DNA from: Bdellovibrionales bacterium
GTDB lineage: Bacteria > Bdellovibrionota > Bdellovibrionia > Bdellovibrionales > UBA1609
Reading direction: 5' to 3'
NCBI GenBank assembly: GCA_965205945.1
Contig: CBDBIB010000003.1
Coordinates: forward strand, 576,394 to 640,393
Length of the DNA: 64,000 nt
This document shows, in pieces, positions 20,569 to 30,579 of this stretch. Each line of letters begins with the position of its first letter. Positions within the stretch are counted from its first letter, which is position 1. The notes under the pieces are model-generated. The model was not told the DNA's origin and did not search any database. It was given only the letters and a program-made list of their open reading frames with translations. A program made the translations under genes and the position numbers.

Positions 20569-21459
20569 ATGTTAGTTTTGTTAAATAAGTATAAAGGTAG
20601 TGGAGAATTTAAAAAAGAAAGTTCTTTTTTAAAGAAGGGTTTATGTCTTAAGACATGCTTGCGTAAAACAGTTTTTTTTAGCGAGGCTCAATTTGAATCC
20701 TTTAAAGCAGAAGATGCTAAGTTAGTTAGTGGTTTTGATGTTTATAAAGGCTTTGCTGCTGCTGAGTACATAGTTAAGGTTTTATCAGGTCTTGAATCTC
20801 CTGTTGTTGGCGAAACTGAAGTTCTTGGACAATTTAAAAAGCAAATTATTCCGCAGTTAAAAAAGAATTCTGATTTAGAACAAATTATTCAATTTATTCT
20901 AAATTTAGTTAAAATCATAAGAGCAAAACATCTTATAGGGTTAGGCTCTCAAAGTTATGGAAGTATGGTTCGTAGGATTTTAAAATATCATCAGCATATT
21001 TTATTTGTTGGCTCAGGTGCTTTAACAGAGTCTGTTCTTCCTTGGGTTAAGGCGTCTAAAAATGTTATGATCTTAGTAAGGTCTTTAGAGCGCTATGAGA
21101 AAACAAAGGTATATAAAGAAAATACGGGTTTAAAAGCTTTTTCTTTAGATGAAGACTTTATATTTGATTTTGCATTGCACGTTATAGTTTGTGCTCCAAT
21201 AAAAGCTAAAGTTTTAGAAAGTTATTTAACCAATGCTAATGTTGAAACTATAGTGGATCTGCGAGAAGAATCAAAGACTGATCCTATCTTAAATTTATCA
21301 TGTAAAGTATTTGATTTAGAAAATGTTTTTAAAGGTTTTTATACTGAGATAAATAAAAAAAAGAAACTTATTAAGAGTATTGAGGAAGATATTTTTCTTA
21401 AAGTTAAGGAACGATTTGTAAAGCACCGACCATTTGGTTGGGATGATTTATGTCTATAA
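20569..21459 (+). CDS. hemA: Glutamyl-tRNA reductase, short form
   Basis: TCLR (catalytic Cys), SGLESPVVGETEVLGQFK and Rossmann motif FVGSGAL; first gene of the heme operon. Confidence 0.85.
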   Translation: MLVLLNKYKGSGEFKKESSFLKKGLCLKTCLRKTVFFSEAQFESFKAEDAKLVSGFDVYKGFAAAEYIVKVLSGLESPVVGETEVLGQFKKQIIPQLKKNSDLEQIIQFILNLVKIIRAKHLIGLGSQSYGSMVRRILKYHQHILFVGSGALTESVLPWVKASKNVMILVRSLERYEKTKVYKENTGLKAFSLDEDFIFDFALHVIVCAPIKAKVLESYLTNANVETIVDLREESKTDPILNLSCKVFDLENVFKGFYTEINKKKKLIKSIEEDIFLKVKERFVKHRPFGWDDLCL

Positions 21460-22946
21460 AAATTGGATCTCGAAAAAGTCATTTAGCTCAAGTTCAGGCA
21501 AGAATATTTAATGGAATTTATAAGAAGAATTTTCCAGAAGATAAAACAGAGTTGTTTTTTAAGGCTTCTTTAGGAGACTTAAATTTAGATATGGATTTAT
21601 CTAAAACAGATAGTAAAGGTGTTTTTACAAACGATTTTTTAAAACTTTTAAAAAATAATGAATGTGATTTAATTATTCATTCATGGAAAGATCTTCCTAT
21701 TGATGATAATGGTGTGACGCAAGTAACAGCAACTCTACATAGAGAAGACATAAGAGACGTGTTTTTTTTAAAAAAAAGATCAAGATCTAAGATCAGTTGG
21801 GCGGTGCAAACCTCTAGTCCAAGAAGAGAGTTTAATTTATCAGAATTTTTCTCTTATTTGTCTAAGGGTGAGCAAAAGTTAAACTATATTCCCATCAGAG
21901 GTAATGTTCCTACAAGATTTTTAAAGTTTTTAGAAAATGAATCTTCAGATGGTTTTTGTGTAGCTGTTGCTGCGGTAAAAAGGCTTATTAATGATGAATT
22001 TTTTAATAAAAATAATCCAGGTATTTGGGATAAGATTTCTAATGAATGCTACTGGTCAGTGCTTCCTGTAAGTTATTGTCCTTCAGCAGCTGCTCAAGGA
22101 GCATTAGCAGTTGAAACTAAGATTTTAAATGTGGAATTAAATAAAAAATTAGCAAAAATTAATAATAAAACTGTTATGGGCTCTGTTCTTAAAGAGCGAG
22201 CTATACTTAAAGGTTATGGCGGAGGTTGTCACTTATCAGTAGGGGTTAATGTTATTAAAAATAATCATGGTGAGTTTACGTTAAAAGCAGGCCTTATAAA
22301 TGGTAAGAAGTTTAGAGATTTAAAATTTAAACCTTTTAAAAAATACCCTGATAAAATTAAGGAAAATAAAGTTTGGATATCTACACAAGAAGTTTTAGCA
22401 AAACGCATTAAAACAGATTATAGAATTAAAAGTTCAGGGCTTAAGAGCTTTATGGTTACAAGGTTTGAATCTTATAAAAAAAATGTGGTTTCAGATAAAG
22501 ATTTAGTTCATTCAGCAGGTCTTAAAACATGGAAAAAACTTTATCAATGTGGACAATGGGTGAACTCATGTCTTGATAGTTTAGGCTCTGATTTATATGT
22601 TGGAGACCTTTTGCGTCAGGGGGTTAAACATTATTGGCTTACACGAGACGATGTGGTCGCGCCAAAAGGTTTTAAAACAGTTAAGACTTATAGCTTAGAA
22701 AGTAAATTTAATAAAACTTCTTTTTTAAATAAAGATTATTTTTTATGGATGAATGGAGAATTGATGGTTAAATCTCTTAAATATAATAAAAGCCTTCGCT
22801 GTAAAAAACATTTTATAGGTATGGGAAGATCATACGATGTTGTTAAGGCATTTGTAAAAGACAATCAAGATTTTTTAAGTAAAGACTTTGAAGTTTTTCC
22901 AATTTATTCGTTAGAACAATTTAAAAAAGATATAATTAAAGGTTAA
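21450..22946 (+). CDS. hemC: Hydroxymethylbilane synthase with C-terminal extension (probable degenerate HemD)
   Basis: IGSRKSHLA, KGVFT, HSWKDLP, TSSPRR, RGNVPTR and GGGCH, plus ~190 extra C-terminal aa. Confidence 0.9.
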   Translation: MSIKIGSRKSHLAQVQARIFNGIYKKNFPEDKTELFFKASLGDLNLDMDLSKTDSKGVFTNDFLKLLKNNECDLIIHSWKDLPIDDNGVTQVTATLHREDIRDVFFLKKRSRSKISWAVQTSSPRREFNLSEFFSYLSKGEQKLNYIPIRGNVPTRFLKFLENESSDGFCVAVAAVKRLINDEFFNKNNPGIWDKISNECYWSVLPVSYCPSAAAQGALAVETKILNVELNKKLAKINNKTVMGSVLKERAILKGYGGGCHLSVGVNVIKNNHGEFTLKAGLINGKKFRDLKFKPFKKYPDKIKENKVWISTQEVLAKRIKTDYRIKSSGLKSFMVTRFESYKKNVVSDKDLVHSAGLKTWKKLYQCGQWVNSCLDSLGSDLYVGDLLRQGVKHYWLTRDDVVAPKGFKTVKTYSLESKFNKTSFLNKDYFLWMNGELMVKSLKYNKSLRCKKHFIGMGRSYDVVKAFVKDNQDFLSKDFEVFPIYSLEQFKKDIIKG

Positions 22947-22950
22947 AATT

Positions 22951-24243
22951 ATGCAATCAGTTAAATTAAATCAACGCTGTTTAAAAGTTTCTCCTGGAGG
23001 AGTGCATTCTCCAGTAAGAGCTTATAAATCAGTTGGTGGAAATCCTGTTTTTTTTAAAGAGGGACAAGGAGCTTACTTAACTTCAGTGAACGGCGATAAA
23101 TATATAGATTTTTGCCAAAGTTTTGGTCCTTTAATTCTTGGACATAGAGACCCAGAAGTTCAGCAAGAAGTTGAGCGTATGATTAGAACTCTTTGGACCA
23201 GTGGCACATGTGAGCACTACTCATTAGAGCTTGCTGAATGGATATGTGAGCATATTCCTGCAATGCAAAAGCTTAGGTTTGTAAGTTCAGGAACAGAGGC
23301 TGTTATGTCAGCTCTTCGTGTGGCTAGAGGTGCTACAGGAAAAGATAAGGTTTTAAAGTTTGAAGGTTGTTATCATGGTCATGTGGATTCTCTTTTAGTT
23401 CAATCAGGTAGTGGTCTGGCGGGTAAGAGTGCGGCAAGTTCTGCAGGGATTGCAAAATCTACAGCATTACAAACATTAGTTTGTCCTTTAAATGATATAG
23501 AGACTTTTAAAGAAATTGTTGAAACAAATAAAAATAACCTAGCTGCTATAATTTTAGAGCCTCTTCCTGCAAACTTTGGTTTGTTAGAACAAGAAAAAGA
23601 TTTTATAAAAAATGTTGTAATGATAGCTCGCATAAATGGAGCTCTTGTTATTTTTGATGAAGTTATCTCTGGTTTTAGAGTTGGTCTGGGTGGAATGGCA
23701 GAGAAATTAAATATCACTCCGGATTTAATTATTTATGGTAAAGTTATTGGTGGTGGTTTTCCGGTAGGTTGTTATGGTGGGAAAAAAGAACTTATGGACT
23801 TAGTCGCGCCTCTTGGACCTGTTTATCAAGCAGGAACATTAAGCGCTAATCCTGTTGGAATGGTGGCAGGATTAACAACTTTAAAAAAAGCAAAAAGAGA
23901 TGGAATCTGGGATAAGTTTTTAGCACTAACAGATATTTTTAAAAGAGATTTTAATTCTTGGGCAAAAGATAAAGGTATTAAAAAAAGACTTCATGTTTAT
24001 GGATCACTTTTTTGGTTTGTTGATCTAGTAGAGCCGGTAAGAGCCATTTCACAAATACCTAAAGATCATGAAGATAAGTTTAAGTATTTTTTTAATTCAT
24101 TATTAGAACAAAAGGTTTACCTTGCTCCAAATGGTTATGAAGTAGGGTTTTTAGGAAATACTCATACAAGACAAATTATGGAAGAATCTTTAGGGAAATT
24201 TAAAAAAGCAGCTCTCTTTACCCATGAAAACTTTAAATGTTGA
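22951..24243 (+). CDS. hemL: Glutamate-1-semialdehyde 2,1-aminomutase
   Basis: PGGVHSPVRA, SSGTEAVMSALR, FDEVISGFR, GKVIGGGFP and AGTLSANP. Confidence 0.97.
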   Translation: MQSVKLNQRCLKVSPGGVHSPVRAYKSVGGNPVFFKEGQGAYLTSVNGDKYIDFCQSFGPLILGHRDPEVQQEVERMIRTLWTSGTCEHYSLELAEWICEHIPAMQKLRFVSSGTEAVMSALRVARGATGKDKVLKFEGCYHGHVDSLLVQSGSGLAGKSAASSAGIAKSTALQTLVCPLNDIETFKEIVETNKNNLAAIILEPLPANFGLLEQEKDFIKNVVMIARINGALVIFDEVISGFRVGLGGMAEKLNITPDLIIYGKVIGGGFPVGCYGGKKELMDLVAPLGPVYQAGTLSANPVGMVAGLTTLKKAKRDGIWDKFLALTDIFKRDFNSWAKDKGIKKRLHVYGSLFWFVDLVEPVRAISQIPKDHEDKFKYFFNSLLEQKVYLAPNGYEVGFLGNTHTRQIMEESLGKFKKAALFTHENFKC

Positions 24244-24264
24244 GTTAAAATTATAAAGGAAAAT

Positions 24265-25149
24265 ATGAAAAGACTTTGGTTATTTATAGCTTTTATTTTT
24301 TGGGCAGTGTTTACATTGGCTCTTCTTACATGGTGGGTGATCTTTAGTTTTAGACAACTGGAATCTTTAAAAAACTTAAACCTTAAAACTGAATCTGTGA
24401 TATTAGGCCATCAAAAAATGCTTATGTATGAAGGGCTAACACTTTATGCCTGTCTTATTATAGGGGGGTTAGCATTAGTTTATTTTATTGTTAAAGAAAA
24501 TAAGCTTTTAAGAGAGCGTAAAAACTTTTTATCTTTATTTACTCATGATTTAAAAACCACTATATCAGCACTAAGGCTCATGCTTGAACGGTTATCTTCA
24601 AAGGTTTTAGAGCCTACATTAAGAGGTGAGGTGAAAGAAATTCAACAAATTGGAATAAGGCTTAATCAGCAGTTACAAAATGCACTGCAAGCTACATATG
24701 AGAATGATAGAAAATTTATATTTGAGAATTTAAATTTTTGTAAACAAATTAATTATATAAGGCCTTTATGGCCGGACCTCTCATTTAAGACAGAGGAGGG
24801 ATTAAATATTGTAGCAGATACAGCAGCTGTGAGAAGTATTTTAATCAATTTAATTCAAAATGCGCTAACTCATGCAGGGGCTTTAGAGGTGGTTTTTTCC
24901 AAAAAAAAGGATCAAAAAGGCTATATTGGAATTTGCTGCTCTACGCCAGGAGGGCGTAAACTTCCTATTTCCATTAAAGAATTTGAAAAAAATCTAAGAG
25001 CATTTCAATCTACAGATGGTAGTGGAGTAGGTTTAAAGCTTACTAAAGAGATTATGGAGAAAATGGGCGGGGCTGTAAGCTTTGATTTATCTTGTGAAGG
25101 TGTGTTAGAGGTGACTTTATTTTTTAAAGAACAGGAGGCGCACTCATGA
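24265..25149 (+). CDS. Sensor histidine kinase
   Basis: Two TM helices, FTHDLKT H-box, NLIQNA and GSGVGL. Confidence 0.9.
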   Translation: MKRLWLFIAFIFWAVFTLALLTWWVIFSFRQLESLKNLNLKTESVILGHQKMLMYEGLTLYACLIIGGLALVYFIVKENKLLRERKNFLSLFTHDLKTTISALRLMLERLSSKVLEPTLRGEVKEIQQIGIRLNQQLQNALQATYENDRKFIFENLNFCKQINYIRPLWPDLSFKTEEGLNIVADTAAVRSILINLIQNALTHAGALEVVFSKKKDQKGYIGICCSTPGGRKLPISIKEFEKNLRAFQSTDGSGVGLKLTKEIMEKMGGAVSFDLSCEGVLEVTLFFKEQEAHS

Positions 25150-25811
25150 GGGGTTTATATGTGGAAGATGATTTAAATCTTGCAATATCAGTTATTCAAA
25201 GCCTTAAAGAAAAAAATACTGAAGTTTTATGGGCCAGAAGTGTTGCTGAATCTATAGAGGTTATTAACAAAGAAGATTTTAAATTTTATATACTCGATGT
25301 GGGTCTTTTAGATGGTGAGGGGTATGAGGTGGCTAGATACCTTAATGAAGCTAAAAAAACAGATCCAATATTGTTCTTAACAGCTAGAAATAAAGCTGAA
25401 GATAGACTTAAGGGATACGAACTTGGAGCTGTTGAGTATATTCCAAAACCATTCTTATTCGCAGAGCTTTGGATAAGATTGAGCCATGTTTTACAAGATC
25501 GTGTTGAAGAAGAGTCTTTAAAGCTAGGTGATCTAACTATTAACTTTAAATCTTATTCATTTAACTGGAAGCATTCAGAAACTTTATTTCTTTCAGAAAA
25601 GGAATTTGGAGTTTTTTTATATTTGTATAAAAATTCTCCAGCTGTTGTAAGGCGTTCAGATATTTTAGATAAAATATGGGGGAAGAATCAATTTCCAACA
25701 GAGAGAACAATTGACAATGTTATTTTAAAATTAAGAAATAGTCTTAAGCACTACGGTTATTATGTAAAAAGTATAAGAGGAGTAGGCTACTCATGGGTGA
25801 GAGAACAGTAA
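25146..25811 (+). CDS. OmpR-family response regulator
   Basis: VEDD, ILDVGL, FLTA, KPF and winged-helix RTIDNVILKLR..IRGVGY. Confidence 0.95.
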   Translation: MRGLYVEDDLNLAISVIQSLKEKNTEVLWARSVAESIEVINKEDFKFYILDVGLLDGEGYEVARYLNEAKKTDPILFLTARNKAEDRLKGYELGAVEYIPKPFLFAELWIRLSHVLQDRVEEESLKLGDLTINFKSYSFNWKHSETLFLSEKEFGVFLYLYKNSPAVVRRSDILDKIWGKNQFPTERTIDNVILKLRNSLKHYGYYVKSIRGVGYSWVREQ

Positions 25812-25823
25812 GGGTGAAGTAAA

Positions 25824-26852
25824 ATGAATAAAAAATTTCAAAATGCTTTAAATAATATAGTTCAAGATGTTCCTCCTATTTGGTTAATGAGGCAGGCAGG
25901 AAGATATCAAAAATCATATAGAGTTTTAAGAAAAAAATATTCATTTATGGATTTATGTAAAGTTCCTGAGTTAGCAGCAAAAATTGGTTTTAATGCTGTT
26001 GATGAATTTGATTATGATCTTTGTATTTTATTTTCAGATTTGTTGTTTCCATTAGAGGCTTTTGGTATGGGTTTAGAGTACTCTCCAGGGCCGATTTTAT
26101 CTTGGAATTTAAAAGATAAAAATGATTTTAAAAAATTTAAATCTCAAGAAGAAGCTTTTGAAGGAATAAAATTTCAAGGAGACTGTTTAAGGGCAACTAG
26201 ACAGATTTTACCTAATAATAAAAGCTTAATTGGTTTTGTCGGCGGATTTTGGACTCTTTTTGGATATGCTGTAGAGGGTAGGCATAAAGGTAATATGCTT
26301 GAGACTAAAAAGAGTTTACATTTATTTGATGAATTTGTTCAAATTCACATGCTTCCATTTTTAAAGAGAAATATTCAACTTCAGTTAGACAATGGTGCTG
26401 AAGTGGTTATGGTCTTTGATACTGCTGTAGGTGAGGTGAGCGCAGAGTTTTTTAAAAATAGAATTTCACCTTATTTATTAACATTAGTTAAAAAATTTCC
26501 AGGTAAACTTGGTTACTATGCCAAAGGTGGAAACTTAGATTATTATTCCTTAGAGTTTTTAGATCAGTCTTGGGCTGGAATGGGTTGGGATCATAGATGG
26601 GATCTTTTAAATATCTTAAAAAATAAAAAATACTCAGGTTTTGTTCAAGGAAACTTTGATCAAGCGCTTCTACACCAATCTCTTCCTGATTTTAGAGTTT
26701 CTTTAGCCCAATACTTAGATCAATTTAAGGGCCTTTCTCCTCAAGACAGAAAAGGTTGGGTGGCAGGACTGGGGCATGGTGTTTTGCCACTAACTCCTGA
26801 GGATAATGTTAAATATTATGTAGATACTGTTCGTAGTTGTTTCAGTAAATAA
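25824..26852 (+). CDS. hemE: Uroporphyrinogen decarboxylase
   Basis: PPIWLMRQAGRY, LFSDLL and GLGHGVLP. Confidence 0.96.
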   Translation: MNKKFQNALNNIVQDVPPIWLMRQAGRYQKSYRVLRKKYSFMDLCKVPELAAKIGFNAVDEFDYDLCILFSDLLFPLEAFGMGLEYSPGPILSWNLKDKNDFKKFKSQEEAFEGIKFQGDCLRATRQILPNNKSLIGFVGGFWTLFGYAVEGRHKGNMLETKKSLHLFDEFVQIHMLPFLKRNIQLQLDNGAEVVMVFDTAVGEVSAEFFKNRISPYLLTLVKKFPGKLGYYAKGGNLDYYSLEFLDQSWAGMGWDHRWDLLNILKNKKYSGFVQGNFDQALLHQSLPDFRVSLAQYLDQFKGLSPQDRKGWVAGLGHGVLPLTPEDNVKYYVDTVRSCFSK

Positions 26853-26869
26853 ATAAGAAAGAGGTTAAA

Positions 26870-28210
26870 ATGAAAGAACTGCTAGCTAAATATGATATTC
26901 CTGCTCCAAGATATACGAGTTATCCAACAGTTCCTTATTGGGACAACAGCCCAACAACGCAAGAATGGACAGCTTCTATTAATCACTGTCTTATTAAGGA
27001 AAACACTAGTTGGTCTATGTATATTCATATTCCTTTTTGTGAGAGTTTATGCACATTTTGTGGATGTAACACAGTAATTACAAGAGATCATAAAAGAGAG
27101 AATATTTATATAAATCAATTATTAAGTGAGTGGGAGATGTATATTCAAAATTGCCCAGATTTAAAATCAAGACCACTTAAAGAGTTGCACTTTGGTGGAG
27201 GAACTCCAACCTTTTTTTCACCAGAAAATTTAAAAAAGCTTATTAAGGGAATCTTTAAAGATTGTACATTATCTAATAACTTTGAAGGATCTATTGAAGT
27301 GGATCCAAGGAGAACAACAAAAAAACATTTAGCGATTCTTAAACCATTAGGGTTTCACAGGGTGTCTATGGGGGTTCAAGATTTTGATTTAGAAGTTCAA
27401 AAACTTATAAATAGAATCCAACCAGAAAAAACGACTAAGGACTTAACAAGTGCTGCAAGAAAAATAGGGTACACATCAGTAAACTATGATTTGATTTATG
27501 GTTTGCCAAAACAAGATATTTCTAAAATAAAACATCTTGTTAAAACAACCATTAAACACAGACCTGATCGTGTAGCTTTATATAGTTTTGCTTTAGTTCC
27601 ATGGATTAAGCCAGCACACAGAATTTTTAAAGATGAGGACTTGCCAGTAGGAGCTGAAAAAAGAGAGCTTTATGAGGTTTCTAGAAAAAAGCTCATTGAT
27701 GCAGGTTATATAGAAATTGGTATGGATCACTTTGCTTTAAAATCAGATTCTCTTTATAAATCTTTAGAGGAAGGAAAACTTCATAGAAATTTTATGGGGT
27801 ATACTGCTACTAGAACTGACTTACTTTTAGGTATTGGGGTAAGTTCAATTTCTGAAACACCAGATATGTTTCATCAGAATGAGAAAAAGCTTATTGTTTA
27901 TGAGAGAGAAATTTTAAAAAAAAATATTCCTACATTTAGAGGTCATAAGCTAACAAGTCAAGATAAGGTTTATCGAGAGCTTATTTTAAATCTTATGACA
28001 AAATGGAAGGTAGAGCTTACTCAAGCAGACAAGACTGATCTTGAAATTTATTTAAACCAAGCAATTAAAGATGGGTTTATACATTTTAAAGGTTTAAGCT
28101 TAGAGGTGCTTAAAAAGGGCCGTCCATTTTTAAGAAATATCTGTATGGGGCTTGATAAACGACTTCGTTTAAAAAATCCTACAAGAAAGGTGTTCTCTCA
28201 ATCAATATGA
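26870..28210 (+). CDS. hemN: Oxygen-independent coproporphyrinogen III oxidase
   Basis: PRYTSYPT, YIHIPFCESLCTFCGC, GGGTPT and RNFMGY. Confidence 0.96.
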   Translation: MKELLAKYDIPAPRYTSYPTVPYWDNSPTTQEWTASINHCLIKENTSWSMYIHIPFCESLCTFCGCNTVITRDHKRENIYINQLLSEWEMYIQNCPDLKSRPLKELHFGGGTPTFFSPENLKKLIKGIFKDCTLSNNFEGSIEVDPRRTTKKHLAILKPLGFHRVSMGVQDFDLEVQKLINRIQPEKTTKDLTSAARKIGYTSVNYDLIYGLPKQDISKIKHLVKTTIKHRPDRVALYSFALVPWIKPAHRIFKDEDLPVGAEKRELYEVSRKKLIDAGYIEIGMDHFALKSDSLYKSLEEGKLHRNFMGYTATRTDLLLGIGVSSISETPDMFHQNEKKLIVYEREILKKNIPTFRGHKLTSQDKVYRELILNLMTKWKVELTQADKTDLEIYLNQAIKDGFIHFKGLSLEVLKKGRPFLRNICMGLDKRLRLKNPTRKVFSQSI

Positions 28211-29397
28211 TTAAGCCAACTGTTGTAGTTTATGGTTCAGGAGTAAGTGGTTTGATTGCCGCATATTTTCTTTATAAGAAGGGGTTTAAGGTTACTGTTA
28301 TTGATCCCTATAATAAACATAAGATTTCAACATTAATAGTTTCTGAGGGTTTGGTGGAGAGAGCTGCAAATTCAATATTATGTAATCAAGCAACAAAGGA
28401 TTTGTTAAATGAAATAGGTTTAGAGTATGAGTTTTATTCAGATCTAGGGAAAAAAAAGTATGTTTTTATAAATGGAAAAACTAAAAGGTGGCCATTAAGT
28501 TTTATTCAAACTTTAAAAAATTTAAAACCTCTTTTTGCTTTAATGAAAAAAAATCCTCAGATAAAACCACTTGAAAATGAGACTTTAAAGGATTGGGGTT
28601 TAAGAGTTCTTAGGGAGCCTTTATTGGATAATTTAATAGTTCCAGGGCTTCAAGGAATATATGGTGGAGATGTTAAAGAGCTTAGTGCAAGCTTGGTGTT
28701 AAAGAACTTTTTTCAATTAGATAGGAAAGATTTTTTAGGAAGCATTAGTTTTAAAAATGGAATGCAGGAATTTTGTGACTATTTAAAGGGGTATTTAATA
28801 AAAAAAGGAGCTTCTTTTGAAAAAGAATCTTTAAAAAATTATAATTTTAGAGTAATTTCAACTCCAACATATTCATTGCCTGACTGTGTTTCCATGGATA
28901 TTAAAAATATTTTAAGTAAAGTTTCTTATAAAAAAATATCTACTATGACTGTTTTTATGGATAAAGAAGATAGAGTGCCCTTTAAAGGATTTGGTTGTGT
29001 GTTTAAAAATCAAAAAAAAGGGGTGTTAGGTTTAATCTTAAATTCAGATATTTTTACAAATAGAGCAAAACAAGGTCTGGTTTCTGAAACTTGGATTTTT
29101 AATGGTTGTTTTATAAAGGAAGAAAAAACGGCATTGTCTTTAGTAAAATCTTTTCGAGAAGAAAAATTTTTTAGAAAGAATAAAATTATAAGATCATATT
29201 TTAAGTACTGGGAGCAAGCCTTTCCTGCCTATGATCTTACTTTAGAAGGGGTGTTAAAAAAAATAGAAAAATATAAACATGAAATGTATTTTTTTGCAAA
29301 CTGGACTGGTAATTTAGGCATAGGTTCAATGATCCAAAATGGTGAAGCCTTTGCAAAAAATATTTTAAAAAAAAATAAAGAAACTAAGTATGTTTAA
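28207..29397 (+). CDS. hemY: Protoporphyrinogen oxidase (HemY-type flavoprotein)
   Basis: N-terminal GSGVSGL..AY, GLQGIYGGD..LS and GFGC; located between hemN and hemH. Confidence 0.85.
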   Translation: MIKPTVVVYGSGVSGLIAAYFLYKKGFKVTVIDPYNKHKISTLIVSEGLVERAANSILCNQATKDLLNEIGLEYEFYSDLGKKKYVFINGKTKRWPLSFIQTLKNLKPLFALMKKNPQIKPLENETLKDWGLRVLREPLLDNLIVPGLQGIYGGDVKELSASLVLKNFFQLDRKDFLGSISFKNGMQEFCDYLKGYLIKKGASFEKESLKNYNFRVISTPTYSLPDCVSMDIKNILSKVSYKKISTMTVFMDKEDRVPFKGFGCVFKNQKKGVLGLILNSDIFTNRAKQGLVSETWIFNGCFIKEEKTALSLVKSFREEKFFRKNKIIRSYFKYWEQAFPAYDLTLEGVLKKIEKYKHEMYFFANWTGNLGIGSMIQNGEAFAKNILKKNKETKYV

Positions 29398-30424
29398 AAA
29401 AGCAATTGTACTTGTGAATATTGGAACACCGGAAGTCTTAAGTATAAAGGCTGTTAAAAAATATTTAAAAAAATTTTTAATGGATAAAAATGTTATTGAC
29501 CTTCCTTTTTTAGCAAGGTTTTTTTTAGTTAGAGGAGTTATAGTTCCTTTTAGAGCCTTAAAATCTTTAAACGCATATAAGGTTATTTGGAAAAAAGAAG
29601 GCTCTCCTTTAGATGTTTATACTAAAGAAATAGTTAAAGAGCTTACTAAAGAGTACCAAGGAGAGTACTTAGTGCGATACGCTATGAGTTACTCAGCCCC
29701 GTATATTAATAAAACATTAGATAAGTTAAAAGAAAAAGGTGTAAAAGAGGTTTATTATATTCCTATGTATCCACAGTATGCTCAGTCGTCTTCTTTAAGC
29801 GCTTTAGAAGAAGCTGAAAAATGGGCTAAGAAGAATACAGATATTCAGATTAAATCTAGAGCGTATTATTTTAATCATCTTGATTTTTTAAATACTTCAG
29901 TGGAAAAAATAAAAAACTATAAAGATAAGGATATAAAAGTACTATTTAGCTTTCATGGAATTCCTGAAAAACATCTTAAAAAAATCCATAAAGAATGTAA
30001 TAATTGTAATAAGTGTTGTTTGGTTTGGCATAAGGCGAATAAGTTTTGTTATAGGGCTCAGTGCTTTAAAACAGCATCTGATATTTCAAACAGATTAGGT
30101 CTTTGGGACTGGGAGGTGTCGTTTCAAAGTCGTTTAGGTACAAATCAATGGATACTCCCATATACCGTTGATAAGGTGAAAGAGCTGGCTAGAAAAGGTA
30201 TTAAAAGGCTTATTATGGTTCCTTATGCCTTTACAGTAGACTGTTTAGAGACGGAAGAAGAGATAGATTTTAGGATTAAAGAAGTTTTTATTAAGGCTGG
30301 AGGTAAAAGTATCATAAGAGTTCCTTGCTTGAATAAAGATTTTAAAAAGTTAGTAACAAGTCAATTTTTAAATGATTTAAAGCCATTAAAAATGGTTTTA
30401 TATGAAATAAGGAGCGCTGAATAA
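29390..30424 (+). CDS. hemH: Ferrochelatase with Cys-rich insert
   Basis: LVNIGTP, PMYPQYA, FSFHGIP, FQSRLG..WI.P and DCLET.EE. Confidence 0.96.
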   Translation: MFKKAIVLVNIGTPEVLSIKAVKKYLKKFLMDKNVIDLPFLARFFLVRGVIVPFRALKSLNAYKVIWKKEGSPLDVYTKEIVKELTKEYQGEYLVRYAMSYSAPYINKTLDKLKEKGVKEVYYIPMYPQYAQSSSLSALEEAEKWAKKNTDIQIKSRAYYFNHLDFLNTSVEKIKNYKDKDIKVLFSFHGIPEKHLKKIHKECNNCNKCCLVWHKANKFCYRAQCFKTASDISNRLGLWDWEVSFQSRLGTNQWILPYTVDKVKELARKGIKRLIMVPYAFTVDCLETEEEIDFRIKEVFIKAGGKSIIRVPCLNKDFKKLVTSQFLNDLKPLKMVLYEIRSAE

Positions 30425-30579
30425 AAAAATAAGAAGATTTTAAAATCAAAATAGTTATAATAGCCGCTACATGATTAGTTTAGAGTTTTTTATAAATTTT
30501 AAGTTTTATTGGATAGACTTTGGACTAGATAATTTAAAAAATCATTCTTTTTTAAAAGATCTAGTTGGAGAATATTAGT

